From Candidatus Lindowbacteria bacterium RIFCSPLOWO2_12_FULL_62_27 (GTDB lineage Bacteria > Lindowbacteria > 2-12-FULL-62-27): a stretch of 64,000 nt of DNA. Each line of letters begins with the position of its first letter. The stretch's first letter is position 1. Under the pieces are notes generated by a model. The model was not told the DNA's origin and did not search any database. It saw only the letters and a list, made by a program, of their open reading frames with translations. The stretch is from contig MFPR01000013.1 in assembly GCA_001784175.1 (NCBI GenBank), positions 1-64,000 of the forward strand, read 5' to 3'. Positions 27,682 through 36,529 of the stretch are shown piece by piece. The position numbers and the translations under genes were made by a program.

Positions 27682-28200
27682 TTACCGGATCGGGTCGATC
27701 ATCAGCCCCAGGAATTTCCCGTCCAAAATGGGCTCTTGGATCACCTTTCCCTCTTTCGCGAGCGCCGCGCGCGCGCGATCCAAAAGCCGGTGGCCGATCT
27801 CCACGTGCGTGATCTCGCGCCCGCGGAATATCACCGAGAGCTTCACCCGGTGGCCCTTGGTTAAAAATCTACGGATCCGCGTCATCTTAACCTCAAAATC
27901 GTGCGTCTCGATCTTCGTCCTCAGCCGCATCTCCTTGAGGTCCGTGCGGTCCGCATGAGACCGCGTCTTGCGGTCCTTCTTCTTCTGGTTGTACTTGTAC
28001 TTCCCGAAATCGAGTATCTTGCATACCGGCGGCGTTGAGTTCGCGACGATCTCCACCAAGTCCAAGCCCGCCGCGCGCGCCAGCGCGATCGCCTCCGCCG
28101 CCGGCTTCTCGCCCAGATGCTCGCCCGCCGCGCCGATCAGCCGAACCAACGGCACGGCAATTCCTTCGTTAATCCGTATCGCGTCCGCTTTTGTCGTCAG
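27682..28200 (-). CDS. infC: Translation initiation factor IF-3
   Basis: IRINEGI..VRLIG, GLDLVEI, PPVCKILDFGKYKY, IFRGRE. Similarity extends upstream of the GTG at 28155 to non-canonical CTG 28200 / ATA 28179 / ATT 28173. Confidence 0.95.
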   Translation of the reverse strand: MTTKADAIRINEGIAVPLVRLIGAAGEHLGEKPAAEAIALARAAGLDLVEIVANSTPPVCKILDFGKYKYNQKKKDRKTRSHADRTDLKEMRLRTKIETHDFEVKMTRIRRFLTKGHRVKLSVIFRGREITHVEIGHRLLDRARAALAKEGKVIQEPILDGKFLGLMIDPIR

Positions 28201-29960
28201 AGTTCGATCGCCCCATCCGGGGTCGCTGATTCACGGCGCATCCGTTCCACAAATTCCGTCAAAGACAGTACCTCCTGGTCTTTTTTTCCTCGTCGCCGGA
28301 CGTTCACCGAACGCCCCTGCGCCTCCCGCTCGCCCAAGACGGCGATCACAGGTATCTTCTCGAGCTCCGCCGCGCGGATCCGCTTGCCCAGCGTCTCCTC
28401 CCGGTTGTCCGAGTCCGCTCGCACGTCGGATGCCCGCAACTGGTCCAACACTTCCCGGCTGTATGCGCCGGCCGCGCTCTCCGCGACCGCAATGACGCGC
28501 GCCTGAACCGGCGCCAGCCACAACGGGAAGTCCCCCGCATAATGCTCGATCAAACAGCCGATAAATCGCTCCAAGCTCCCCAGAATCGCCCGGTGGATCA
28601 TCACCGGGCATTTCCGGTCCCCTCCCTCGCCCACATACTCCAGTTCAAACCGCTGCGGCAGGTTGAAGTCCACCTGGATCGTCGGCCCCTGCCACGACCG
28701 GCCCAGCGCGTCTTTCAGGGCCACGTCGATCTTCGGCCCGTAAAACGCGCCGTCGCCCTCGTGCATCTCGTAGGCCATCTGGCGCGCCTCGAGCGCCGCC
28801 CGAAGGGCTGCGGTCGCGCGGTCCCACAACGCCGGATCGCCCATGTACTTCTCGGGCCGCGTGCCAACACCGACCGTATATGAAAACCCAAAAAGGCGCA
28901 AGACCGACCGGACAAAATCGAGCACCCGCTCGATCTCGCCCGTCAACTGGTCCTCCCGGCAGAAAATGTGCGCGTCGTCCTGCGTGAATCCCCGCACCCG
29001 CAAGAGGCCGTGCAGGACGCCCGATCGCTCGAACCGGTACACGGTGCCGAGTTCGAAATATCGGATCGGCAGTTCCCGGTAGCTTCGGAGGTGCGACCGG
29101 TACACCTGAATATGGAATGGGCAGTTCATCGGCTTGATCCCGAACTCCTGTTCCTCGATCTGGGTGAAATACATGTTCTCTTTGTAATTTTCATAATGCC
29201 CGGAAATTTTCCACAGATTGGCGTTTGCCATGTGCGGGGAATAGATGTACTCGTAGCCGAGCTTCCGGTGCGCGCGCTTCAGAAAATCCTCGATCACCGC
29301 GCGCATCGCCGAACCTTTCGGGTGATACAGCACCAGCCCTCCGCCCAGCGTCTCGTCCATGCTGAAAAGATCGAGTTCCACCCCAAGCCTCCGGTGGTCC
29401 CGCTTCTCGGCCTCCTCGCGCCGGCGGACAAATTCGGTCAGCATTTTTGTGTCCTGATACGAAATGCCGTAGATCCGCTGTAGTTTCGGGCCTTTGTCGT
29501 TCGCGCGCCAGTAACAGCCCGAAAACGAAAGGAGCTTGAAATGGCGGACGAGCCCCGTCCGCTTCAAGTGCGGACCCCGGCAGAGATCGGTGAATTCGCC
29601 CTGCCGGTAGATGCTCACCTTCCCCTCCGGCAGGCCTTGGATGAGTTCCACCTTGAACATCTGCCCGCGCTTCTCGAAAAATTCGGCCGCTTCCGGTTTC
29701 GTCCAGAGCATGTGCTCGACCGTGTGGTTCTCCTCCACGATCTTCCGCATCTCCGCTTCGATCTTCTCCAGATCCTCCGGCAGAAAATTCCGGCCCAGGT
29801 CAAAGTCGTAGTAAAACCCCGCCTCGATCGTCGGCCCGATCGCATAGCGCGCGCTCGGAAACAACCGGCAGACCGCCTGCGCCATGATGTGGGTGGTCGT
29901 ATGCCAGAAGGTGTCCTGATCTTCGGCAAAAGCGGCGCCGGTCGCGCCTGTCATCTCCAT
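28197..29960 (-). CDS. thrS: Threonine--tRNA ligase (no N-terminal TGS domain)
   Basis: WHTTTHIMAQAV, DLCRGPH, RDHRRLG, KPMNCPFH, GLLRVRGFTQDDAHIF, AFYGPKID, HRAILGSLERF. Start about 29960-29966 behind GAAGGGA. Confidence 0.97.
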   Translation of the reverse strand: MEMTGATGAAFAEDQDTFWHTTTHIMAQAVCRLFPSARYAIGPTIEAGFYYDFDLGRNFLPEDLEKIEAEMRKIVEENHTVEHMLWTKPEAAEFFEKRGQMFKVELIQGLPEGKVSIYRQGEFTDLCRGPHLKRTGLVRHFKLLSFSGCYWRANDKGPKLQRIYGISYQDTKMLTEFVRRREEAEKRDHRRLGVELDLFSMDETLGGGLVLYHPKGSAMRAVIEDFLKRAHRKLGYEYIYSPHMANANLWKISGHYENYKENMYFTQIEEQEFGIKPMNCPFHIQVYRSHLRSYRELPIRYFELGTVYRFERSGVLHGLLRVRGFTQDDAHIFCREDQLTGEIERVLDFVRSVLRLFGFSYTVGVGTRPEKYMGDPALWDRATAALRAALEARQMAYEMHEGDGAFYGPKIDVALKDALGRSWQGPTIQVDFNLPQRFELEYVGEGGDRKCPVMIHRAILGSLERFIGCLIEHYAGDFPLWLAPVQARVIAVAESAAGAYSREVLDQLRASDVRADSDNREETLGKRIRAAELEKIPVIAVLGEREAQGRSVNVRRRGKKDQEVLSLTEFVERMRRESATPDGAIEL

Positions 29961-29992
29961 GTTCAATGTCCCTTCATCACGCCAAATGCTTT

Positions 29993-30033
29993 CCCCCTCT
30001 CCCGCCACTGGCGGGAGAGGGTCGGGGTGAGGG
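29993..30033. repeat. BoxC/REP-like palindromic element
   Basis: CCCTCTCCCGCC-ACT-GGCGGGAGAGGG stem followed by TCGGGGTGAGGG. Confidence 0.7.
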
Positions 30034-30057
30034 TGGCCCGCTCACCGTCGCCCACCT

Positions 30058-30086
30058 CTTATAAATCAGCAGGACACAGAATTCAA
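30058..30086 (-). promoter_or_regulatory. Candidate sigma70 promoter for the thrS operon
   Basis: Minus strand TTGAAT-N17-TATAAG. Confidence 0.35.
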
Positions 30087-30243
30087 CATCGCATCCTGAC
30101 CGGGCGATTGTGCGCGCCGGCTTGTGTCCTGGCCATCGTCCCTATATTATATATACATACAAATATATATAGATCACCCGCCACTGTTTCAACCTTGCCG
30201 GAATGCTCCCAATATCAGGCCCCAATGGACGGGGGAATGGTGT

Positions 30244-30720
30244 ATGGCCAGAAACAAGAAGCTCAGAGTCGCCATCGTCGACGACCACCCGGTCGCGCGG
30301 ATGGGGCTCAGGCACGCAATTGAACGGGAACCGGGCTGGACGGTTTCGGGGGAAGCGGAGAATTCTCAATCCGCCCTCGACATCATCAGCCGGTCCGGGC
30401 CGGATATAGTGATCGTCGACCTGACGCTTCAAGACGAGAGCGGCCTCGATCTGATCCGGACTCTCCACGCGCGACATCCGGGACTGCCGGTCCTGGTGGT
30501 GTCCATGCATGACGAGGAACTCTACGCCGAACGAGTGATCCGGCTCGGCGCCCGGGGATACGTGCGAAAGGACCGCGCGATGGAGGTTGTGATCGAAGCG
30601 ATACGGACGGTCATGAAGGGAGAGATCTATCTGAGCGACCCCCTGAAATCCAAACTGCTGAATCAGACCCTGAGGGGTCGGCCGGCGCCATCGGCGATAT
30701 CCGGCTTGGAAAAACTTAAA
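30244..30720 (+). pseudogene. NarL/FixJ-family response regulator with intact REC domain but missing LuxR HTH
   Basis: VAIVDDHPVAR, DIVIVDLTL, VSMHDEELYAER..GARGYVRK, GEIYLS...GLEKL; family similarity then stops where S.RE.EV would follow, and the frame runs on antisense through merR. Confidence 0.7.
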
Positions 30721-30774
30721 CCTGCCATCCACCCTTCAACTGGTCCGGTACGCCTACCACTGGTCCGGGAAAAT

Positions 30775-31224
30775 CTAGACCCCCTTGGCGGACCATCGCG
30801 ACAGCGCCTTGGGCAAAACTTGCATGCAGGTGAAAATCCGGCAGGTTCCGGAGGCGTCCCGGCCGTTGCATTTCTGAACGAGACGGGCAAGAAACGATTT
30901 GGTCAGCCTCAAATGAACCAGATGCCGGTCGATGTCCGAGATTTTCCCGGCCACGAGTTTCTTCACGTCTCTGCATCTGCCCCCGTGGTCGGACTGCATC
31001 GCCAGGAGCCGCTGGATCTCCTTGAGTCGAAATCCCAGACACTGCGCATTCTTGATGAAGAGAAGCCGCGCCAGCGTATCTTCCGTATACACCCGGTATC
31101 CGGACAAGAGCCGGTTTGGCTCGGCGAGAGGTCGTATCCGCTCATAGTACCGCACCGTCTCGGGACTCACGCTGGCCCGCCTGGCCAGCTCGCCCCGGCT
31201 CATCGCTCTTTTGTTCGCTCTCAT
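30775..31224 (-). CDS. MerR-family heavy-metal-responsive transcriptional regulator
   Basis: GELARRASVSPETVRYYER...SGYRVY...RLLFIKNAQCLGFRLKEIQRLL; metal-type Cys at GGRCRDV and QKCNGRDASGTCRI. Start 31224 or 31203. Confidence 0.88.
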   Translation of the reverse strand: MRANKRAMSRGELARRASVSPETVRYYERIRPLAEPNRLLSGYRVYTEDTLARLLFIKNAQCLGFRLKEIQRLLAMQSDHGGRCRDVKKLVAGKISDIDRHLVHLRLTKSFLARLVQKCNGRDASGTCRIFTCMQVLPKALSRWSAKGV

Positions 31225-31270
31225 ACTGATCTTTGCGCCCGATTCCCTCCTTCGTTTTCCAACCCGCCGC

Positions 31271-31301
31271 AGACTACCGGTGGTCCTTGGTCCAATGTCA
31301 A
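31271..31301 (-). promoter_or_regulatory. MerR-type promoter/operator (19-bp spacer)
   Basis: Minus strand TTGACA-ttggaccaaggaccaccgg(19)-TAGTCT with imperfect dyad TGGACC-AA-GGACCA. Confidence 0.6.
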
Positions 31302-31461
31302 GAAAATTTCCAAAATCGCGGTAATCCTTGTTTACGGCGGGAAAAAAATCAAAATGGGAATTGTCTGAAATTGTCATAGGTCATTCTCCGACCCGAAGGG
31401 CCGAACCCGCAAGGTGAAAAGTAGTGCAGTGGGGGCTGTTCTTAAACGGTGAACAAACTCA

Positions 31462-31535
<74 letters not shown>

Positions 31536-31729
31536 GAAAACAGGATGTGTTCGCACTCGTTTCAGGAATTCAGCGTGGCCAAGGATGGCAAAGCCGCTGA
31601 AATGAGTGCGACCGACTACTCGCAAGATAATACGAAGCCGATGATATTTCAACCGGATTGAAAACCTTCAACTACGAAAGACGCGAATGTACGCGAAAAG
31701 ATTCACCGTGATTTCCTTCGGCGGGGATG

Positions 31730-32191
31730 TCATCGATGGAAAATGACTTCATGGTGGACGAGGCGGCTGTCCCGGTAGACGAATTTGCCGGAGAAAAATC
31801 TGCCCTCCGCCATCCATTGCAGAAAATACCGGTCACCCTCCCACAGCGGCAGGTCGAACAGGCGGTCGTCTTCGATCCACTGAAGGTTGCCCTCCGGGGA
31901 ATCGATCAGCGTTCCCTCGAAGTCCGCGGCGGTGAAGACAAAAACGTACCAGTCCTCGTCGTTGCTGAAGGCTGGAAACGTCAGAAATCCTCGCAGGGAC
32001 ACATCCTTCACCCTCAGGCCGCTCTCCTCGCGGATTTCCCGCACCGCGCACTCCTCCGGCGTCTCGCCCGGCTCCAGTTTGCCCCCGAGACCGTTCCACT
32101 TTCCCTCATGCATGTCGTTCGCCTTCTTGACGCGGTGGATCATGAGCGTCCGTCCGTTCCGCTGGACGTAACAGAGCGTGGCGAGCTTCAC
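31730..32191 (-). CDS. Nudix hydrolase (8-oxo-dGTP diphosphatase-like)
   Basis: Nudix box GGKLEPGETPEECAVREIREESGL; KWNGLGG and LWEGD motifs. Confidence 0.92.
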   Translation of the reverse strand: MKLATLCYVQRNGRTLMIHRVKKANDMHEGKWNGLGGKLEPGETPEECAVREIREESGLRVKDVSLRGFLTFPAFSNDEDWYVFVFTAADFEGTLIDSPEGNLQWIEDDRLFDLPLWEGDRYFLQWMAEGRFFSGKFVYRDSRLVHHEVIFHR

Positions 32192-32199
32192 ACGGCGGG

Positions 32200-32817
32200 T
32201 CAGGCGGCGCTCATGGCGCCGACCAGGGATTGAAAGAGCGGCGGGAGACGGCGCGCGTCGATCTCGCCCGGCGGCAGGCCTACACGCGCGGTGACGTTGG
32301 AAAAGAGCAGGTCATGGAAAGCGTCGGCCACAGGCGTGGGCTGCCTTTCTTTCAGAAGTTTTGACAGCGTGTAGACGGTTTTCATGAATTTCTCATGGGC
32401 TGCGATGACGTCCGTCAGTTTCTGCCGTTCCAGTTCTTCACGCTTCACGTCGCGCGCGATTCGGGAGGCCAGAAGCTCGGCCACGAACGTGCCGGCGCTC
32501 GGATACTGCGTGATGAGTTCCTTGAACTGCGCCGGCGTCAGCACGATCAACTGCGAGGCCTCCTCGACCCGCAGGGTGGCGCTCCGCTTCTGGGACAGGA
32601 GGGTCGACATCTCGCCCAGAATCGATCCGGCCTCCCGGAGGGTCGCGATCTTCGTGCCGCCTCGCAGCACCGCCACGCTGCCCTTCCGAAGGATGTACAG
32701 ATCCGTGCCGTCGTCGCCCTCGCGAAACAGGATCGTGCCGGTGGGATAGCCTTTTGTGAGTTGATGCGATTCCGCGTACTTGACGGCTTCACTTAGAAAC
32801 TCCTGCGATTCCATCAT
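32200..32817 (-). CDS. Cyclic-nucleotide-binding domain protein (no evident HTH)
   Basis: LFREGDDGTDLYILRKGSV...GEMSTLLSQKRSATL. Confidence 0.85.
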   Translation of the reverse strand: MMESQEFLSEAVKYAESHQLTKGYPTGTILFREGDDGTDLYILRKGSVAVLRGGTKIATLREAGSILGEMSTLLSQKRSATLRVEEASQLIVLTPAQFKELITQYPSAGTFVAELLASRIARDVKREELERQKLTDVIAAHEKFMKTVYTLSKLLKERQPTPVADAFHDLLFSNVTARVGLPPGEIDARRLPPLFQSLVGAMSAA

Positions 32818-32877
32818 GGTTCCTGACCTCTTTCTCCCGTCCGATGGGCGCCAGCGAAACAGACGCCGGGCCTTTCG

Positions 32878-34200
32878 TCAATCGCCCAGCGTTTCCTGAA
32901 TCGACCGGCCGGTGGCCCGGACCAGTCGCTCAAGTTCAAGCGGCGTCGAGGAGAGAGGCGGCATCAGCACCACGACGTTTCCGAGCGGTCGAAGAAGGAT
33001 GCCATGCTGCAGGAGATTCCGGCACACCCGGCGGCCCGCGCCCTCGGTCCAGTCATACGCCTCGCGGGTTGTGGCGTTCCGGACAAGCTCGATTCCCACC
33101 ATGAACCCGGCCTGACGGATGTCTCCCACATGACGGAGCGCGCGAAGCGCTGCAAGCTCGCCGGCCAGAAGCCGGATTTTTCGAGGAAGCGACGAGAGCA
33201 CGCGCCGGCGGCGGAAATGGTCCAAGTTGGCCAGCGCGGCCGCACAGCCGATCGGGTTGCCGGTGTAGGTGTGACCGTGAAAAAATGTTTTGGCCTCCTC
33301 GTACCGGCCCAGAAAGGCTCGATACACGCGGTTGGTCGTCAGCGTGGCTGCCAGCGGAACCGTCCCGCCGGTCAGACCCTTCGCGAGACACATGAAATCC
33401 GGGCGGACGTTTTCGTGCTCGCAGGCGAACATCCGGCCCGTGCGGCCAAATCCCGTCGCGACCTCGTCGGCCACGATCGGAACCCCGTACCGCCGGCACA
33501 GACGCGCCAGTCGTGAGAGATAGCCGGGCGGCTGAACAATCATGCCGCCGGCCCCCAGAACCTTCGGCTCGAGGACAAATGCCGAAAGCCGGTGGCGGTT
33601 CCTGGACAAGGCCGCTTCGATCGGTTCAAGGCATCGGTACCGGCAGGACGGGAAACTCAGCTTCAGCGGGCACCGGTAACAATAGGGCGGGTCGACCTTG
33701 AGGCTCCTGAACAAGAGCGGCCGAAATGTCGAATGAAACAGATACACCCCGCCGACCGACACCGCCCCCAGCGTGTCTCCATGGTAGCCCAGCCGAAAGG
33801 AAAGAAACTTCGTCCGGCCCGGCTCGCCGTGATGCCGCCAGTACTGATAGGCCATTTTCACCGCCACTTCTGCCGACGTCGCGCCGTCGTCGGAATAGAA
33901 AACGCGCGTCAGGCCCCTGGGAGCGGCCCGCGTCAGCCGCCGGGCCAACTCCTCCGCCCACGGATGGGTCAGGCCCAGGAGCGTCGAATGGGCCAGCCGG
34001 GTGGCCTGACGCCGGATGGCCGCCGTTATTAGCGGAACGCCGTGGCCGTGAACGTTGCACCAGAGGGACGAAACGCCATCGAAATATTTCCGGCCACGGT
34101 CGTCGTAGAGATAGTTGCCGCGACCCCGCACGATCCGGAGAAAGGGGTGTCCCTCCGGTTCCGACATCTGGGTGAAGGGATACCAGACGGCGCTCTTCAT
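32878..34200 (-). CDS. bioA: Adenosylmethionine-8-amino-7-oxononanoate aminotransferase
   Basis: VWYPFTQM, DGVSSLWCNVHGH, GYHGDT, DEVATGFGRTG, AKGLTGG, FFHGHTYTGNP. Confidence 0.95.
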   Translation of the reverse strand: MKSAVWYPFTQMSEPEGHPFLRIVRGRGNYLYDDRGRKYFDGVSSLWCNVHGHGVPLITAAIRRQATRLAHSTLLGLTHPWAEELARRLTRAAPRGLTRVFYSDDGATSAEVAVKMAYQYWRHHGEPGRTKFLSFRLGYHGDTLGAVSVGGVYLFHSTFRPLLFRSLKVDPPYCYRCPLKLSFPSCRYRCLEPIEAALSRNRHRLSAFVLEPKVLGAGGMIVQPPGYLSRLARLCRRYGVPIVADEVATGFGRTGRMFACEHENVRPDFMCLAKGLTGGTVPLAATLTTNRVYRAFLGRYEEAKTFFHGHTYTGNPIGCAAALANLDHFRRRRVLSSLPRKIRLLAGELAALRALRHVGDIRQAGFMVGIELVRNATTREAYDWTEGAGRRVCRNLLQHGILLRPLGNVVVLMPPLSSTPLELERLVRATGRSIQETLGD

Positions 34201-35819
34201 TGCCTTCGGTACAGCACAAAATTCGGCGTTTCGTCCAGAAGCGCCCAATCACGGGCAAACGCCGGGTCACGGCCGACCGGCTCGGCGGCGTGACGCGGGA
34301 GGAAAAGGATCGAGATGTCAGGATATTCCCGCAACAGGTCCGGCCGGCCGGATTGAACCCAGAGATTCAAAAGACTCTCGGCGCGGTCGTAGCCCGGCGT
34401 GAGCGGCCAGTGACCGAGAAGGGTGCGGTGGTCAGTGAACACAGGAATCAGCGGCCCGACGTTTCCGTCGGACGCCACAAATTCACGCGTTTTCAGATCG
34501 CCCAGCCTATCGAGAAGCCGCGCCTCCTCCTTCTGAAGGGTCATGGGTGGATCCTGCGCGCGGACCGCGCAGAATACGAAATAGGACGGGTGGTCGATCG
34601 ATAACGCAAGGAGGCTCACCGCCAGAAGTCCGCGGCGGGAGCAGATCGCCGCGGGCCACGTCGGGCGAAACCGGCGTATGAAGTCGACGGACAGACTCAC
34701 AAGCACGACAAAAAGGTATCCGCGGGAAAAATGCGCCGGTTGGACGGCCTCCGGGACGAGCCACTGATGGTGACTCAGAAGAAAAATCACGACGCCTTGC
34801 GTCCATAGACACCGGGCGCCGGCGCTCGTCCTGAAATCGCGCAGGCTGGTTGCAAGTCCTGCGAGGCCCAAGATCAGCCACGCGCCATAGAGATGCGCAT
34901 AGCGGTCGATCGGAAGGATCGCCTGGAAGCGCCGCCAGGTGGCCTGGATGATCCGGTGACAGGGATCTCCGTTGAGAAAATGGATGTAGCCGGCGAAGGC
35001 GGCCGTGAGGGCGCACACAAGAACAAGGGTTACGGCCCTGGCCCGGCGATTCACGCCGAGAATCAAATCGGTCACGCACAAAAGCGCCACCACCAGCGCC
35101 AGCTCCGGGCCCGTGAATGGATGCGCGTACAGCTCAAGCGCAATACCCCCGAGGACCGCCATGGAGTTGCCCCGCAAGTAGCTGCCGAGCGTGTAAAACC
35201 ATATCGTGTGGTACAGGATCTCCGGCGTGAAAAGAAATACGCGGGCGATGGAACACAACCACTCACCGATAAATTCCTCCGACCGCACAAATGCCGCTCC
35301 AAAACTCGCGATGAAGTCCGCCCCGGGAGCCCGCAGAACCGTCCCGGCCGCCGACGCGGCCGAAAGAAGCGCGGAGAATCCGCCGGCGGTCACGACCAGC
35401 AGAAAACACAGCTTCAGGCAGGCGCGGTCGGAAAACAGCGCCGATAGAAAATACCAGAGAGACAAGGCCAGCAGGATCCCCAGAATGGGCCGCAGAAAAT
35501 AATAAGTATGCAAAGGTTCGCATCCCGTGAGCCGGGCGGCGGCGGCGACCAGCAACGGGAAAAGGTGCGAATAGATGCGGGGCGCGTCGGCATGGGGATC
35601 GTATGGATTGGCATGGGAGAGGTGAAATCCATCCCGGAGCATCGCGCGGGCATTGGCGGCATAATAGAATTGATCTATTTGAAGTTCCCCCATAAAGGCG
35701 CGGTCCCCCGGCGTTCTCAGCCAGACGGCGGCGATCAGCAAAATCGGGAGCAGGGACATCAAAAGACCCGTGAATGGAACAAATACAGGAATCCGGTCCG
35801 GCGGCCGATCGGTGGCCAT
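34197..35819 (-). CDS. Multi-pass membrane protein, GT-C glycosyltransferase-like
   Basis: About 10-12 hydrophobic segments; D..YY motif after TM1 (QIDQFYYAA); soluble C-terminal domain. Overlaps the bioD stop and the bioA start. Confidence 0.6.
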   Translation of the reverse strand: MATDRPPDRIPVFVPFTGLLMSLLPILLIAAVWLRTPGDRAFMGELQIDQFYYAANARAMLRDGFHLSHANPYDPHADAPRIYSHLFPLLVAAAARLTGCEPLHTYYFLRPILGILLALSLWYFLSALFSDRACLKLCFLLVVTAGGFSALLSAASAAGTVLRAPGADFIASFGAAFVRSEEFIGEWLCSIARVFLFTPEILYHTIWFYTLGSYLRGNSMAVLGGIALELYAHPFTGPELALVVALLCVTDLILGVNRRARAVTLVLVCALTAAFAGYIHFLNGDPCHRIIQATWRRFQAILPIDRYAHLYGAWLILGLAGLATSLRDFRTSAGARCLWTQGVVIFLLSHHQWLVPEAVQPAHFSRGYLFVVLVSLSVDFIRRFRPTWPAAICSRRGLLAVSLLALSIDHPSYFVFCAVRAQDPPMTLQKEEARLLDRLGDLKTREFVASDGNVGPLIPVFTDHRTLLGHWPLTPGYDRAESLLNLWVQSGRPDLLREYPDISILFLPRHAAEPVGRDPAFARDWALLDETPNFVLYRRQ

Positions 35820-36529
35820 CACCGGCACTTCGGCGGGCGGCGCCAGGAAACGGACTCCAAGAGGCCGACACGCCGGCAGGCCTCGTGCATGCATCCTGTC
35901 AGCCTTCCGGATCCGCGCCGGCACACGACCACCGGCAGACCCGTCCATCGGGCGAGTTCACGGCGGTTCTGTCGATGATGAAGATCGCTGTCCCGGTAAT
36001 TGGAAATGGCCAGAAAGCCGCACGTCACCCCTCGACGGGACAGATATTCGATGCTCAGCAGGGTGTGGTTCAGTGTCCCAACGCGCGGCGCGCAGACAAG
36101 GATCGTGACCGGATTTTTGAAGGAGGCCATGAAATCGCTCCACGTTACCCGGTCCGATAATGGCGTTGCCACGCCGCCGATCCCCTCCACAATCACAAGG
36201 CCGTATCGCCTCTCCATATTATATAGGCGGGTTCTGAGTCCCCGAAAGGGCATTCTTCGCCGCGCCAGCCTGATCGCCAGATGGGGGGAAATGGGCGGAT
36301 CCAGCAGGACCGGATTGACTCGGCCATATTCCGAGATCGAGAGGCGGGCGGCCCTGAGAAGCGACCACGCATCCGCCGATAGGGCGCGGCCGCCCCGCCG
36401 GATGGCGCCCGTTGCGATCGGTTTCATCACGCCGACGGGTCGGCCTCTTCGGACAAGGTCACGAACCAGAGCGCAAGCCACGCGCGTTTTCCCGATGCCT
36501 GTGTCCGTCCCGCTGACAAACAGAATCAC
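35819..36529 (-). CDS. bioD: Dethiobiotin synthase
   Basis: VSGTDTGIGKT, MKPIATG, SPHLA, VEGIGG, GTLNHTLLS. Confidence 0.95.
   Translation of the reverse strand: MILFVSGTDTGIGKTRVACALVRDLVRRGRPVGVMKPIATGAIRRGGRALSADAWSLLRAARLSISEYGRVNPVLLDPPISPHLAIRLARRRMPFRGLRTRLYNMERRYGLVIVEGIGGVATPLSDRVTWSDFMASFKNPVTILVCAPRVGTLNHTLLSIEYLSRRGVTCGFLAISNYRDSDLHHRQNRRELARWTGLPVVVCRRGSGRLTGCMHEACRRVGLLESVSWRRPPKCR

Noticed and set aside
29961-30060. T-box riboswitch upstream of thrS
   Set aside because: The leader is too short, and no T-box consensus (UGGNACC) or terminator is visible.
30124-31368. 414-aa response regulator with a novel output domain
   Set aside because: The C-terminal half is the antisense of merR; better explained as truncation with read-through.
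31380-31461. Intact integrative element or att duplication at tRNA-Val
   Set aside because: No integrase or second copy of the tRNA 3' end was found by eye in the window.
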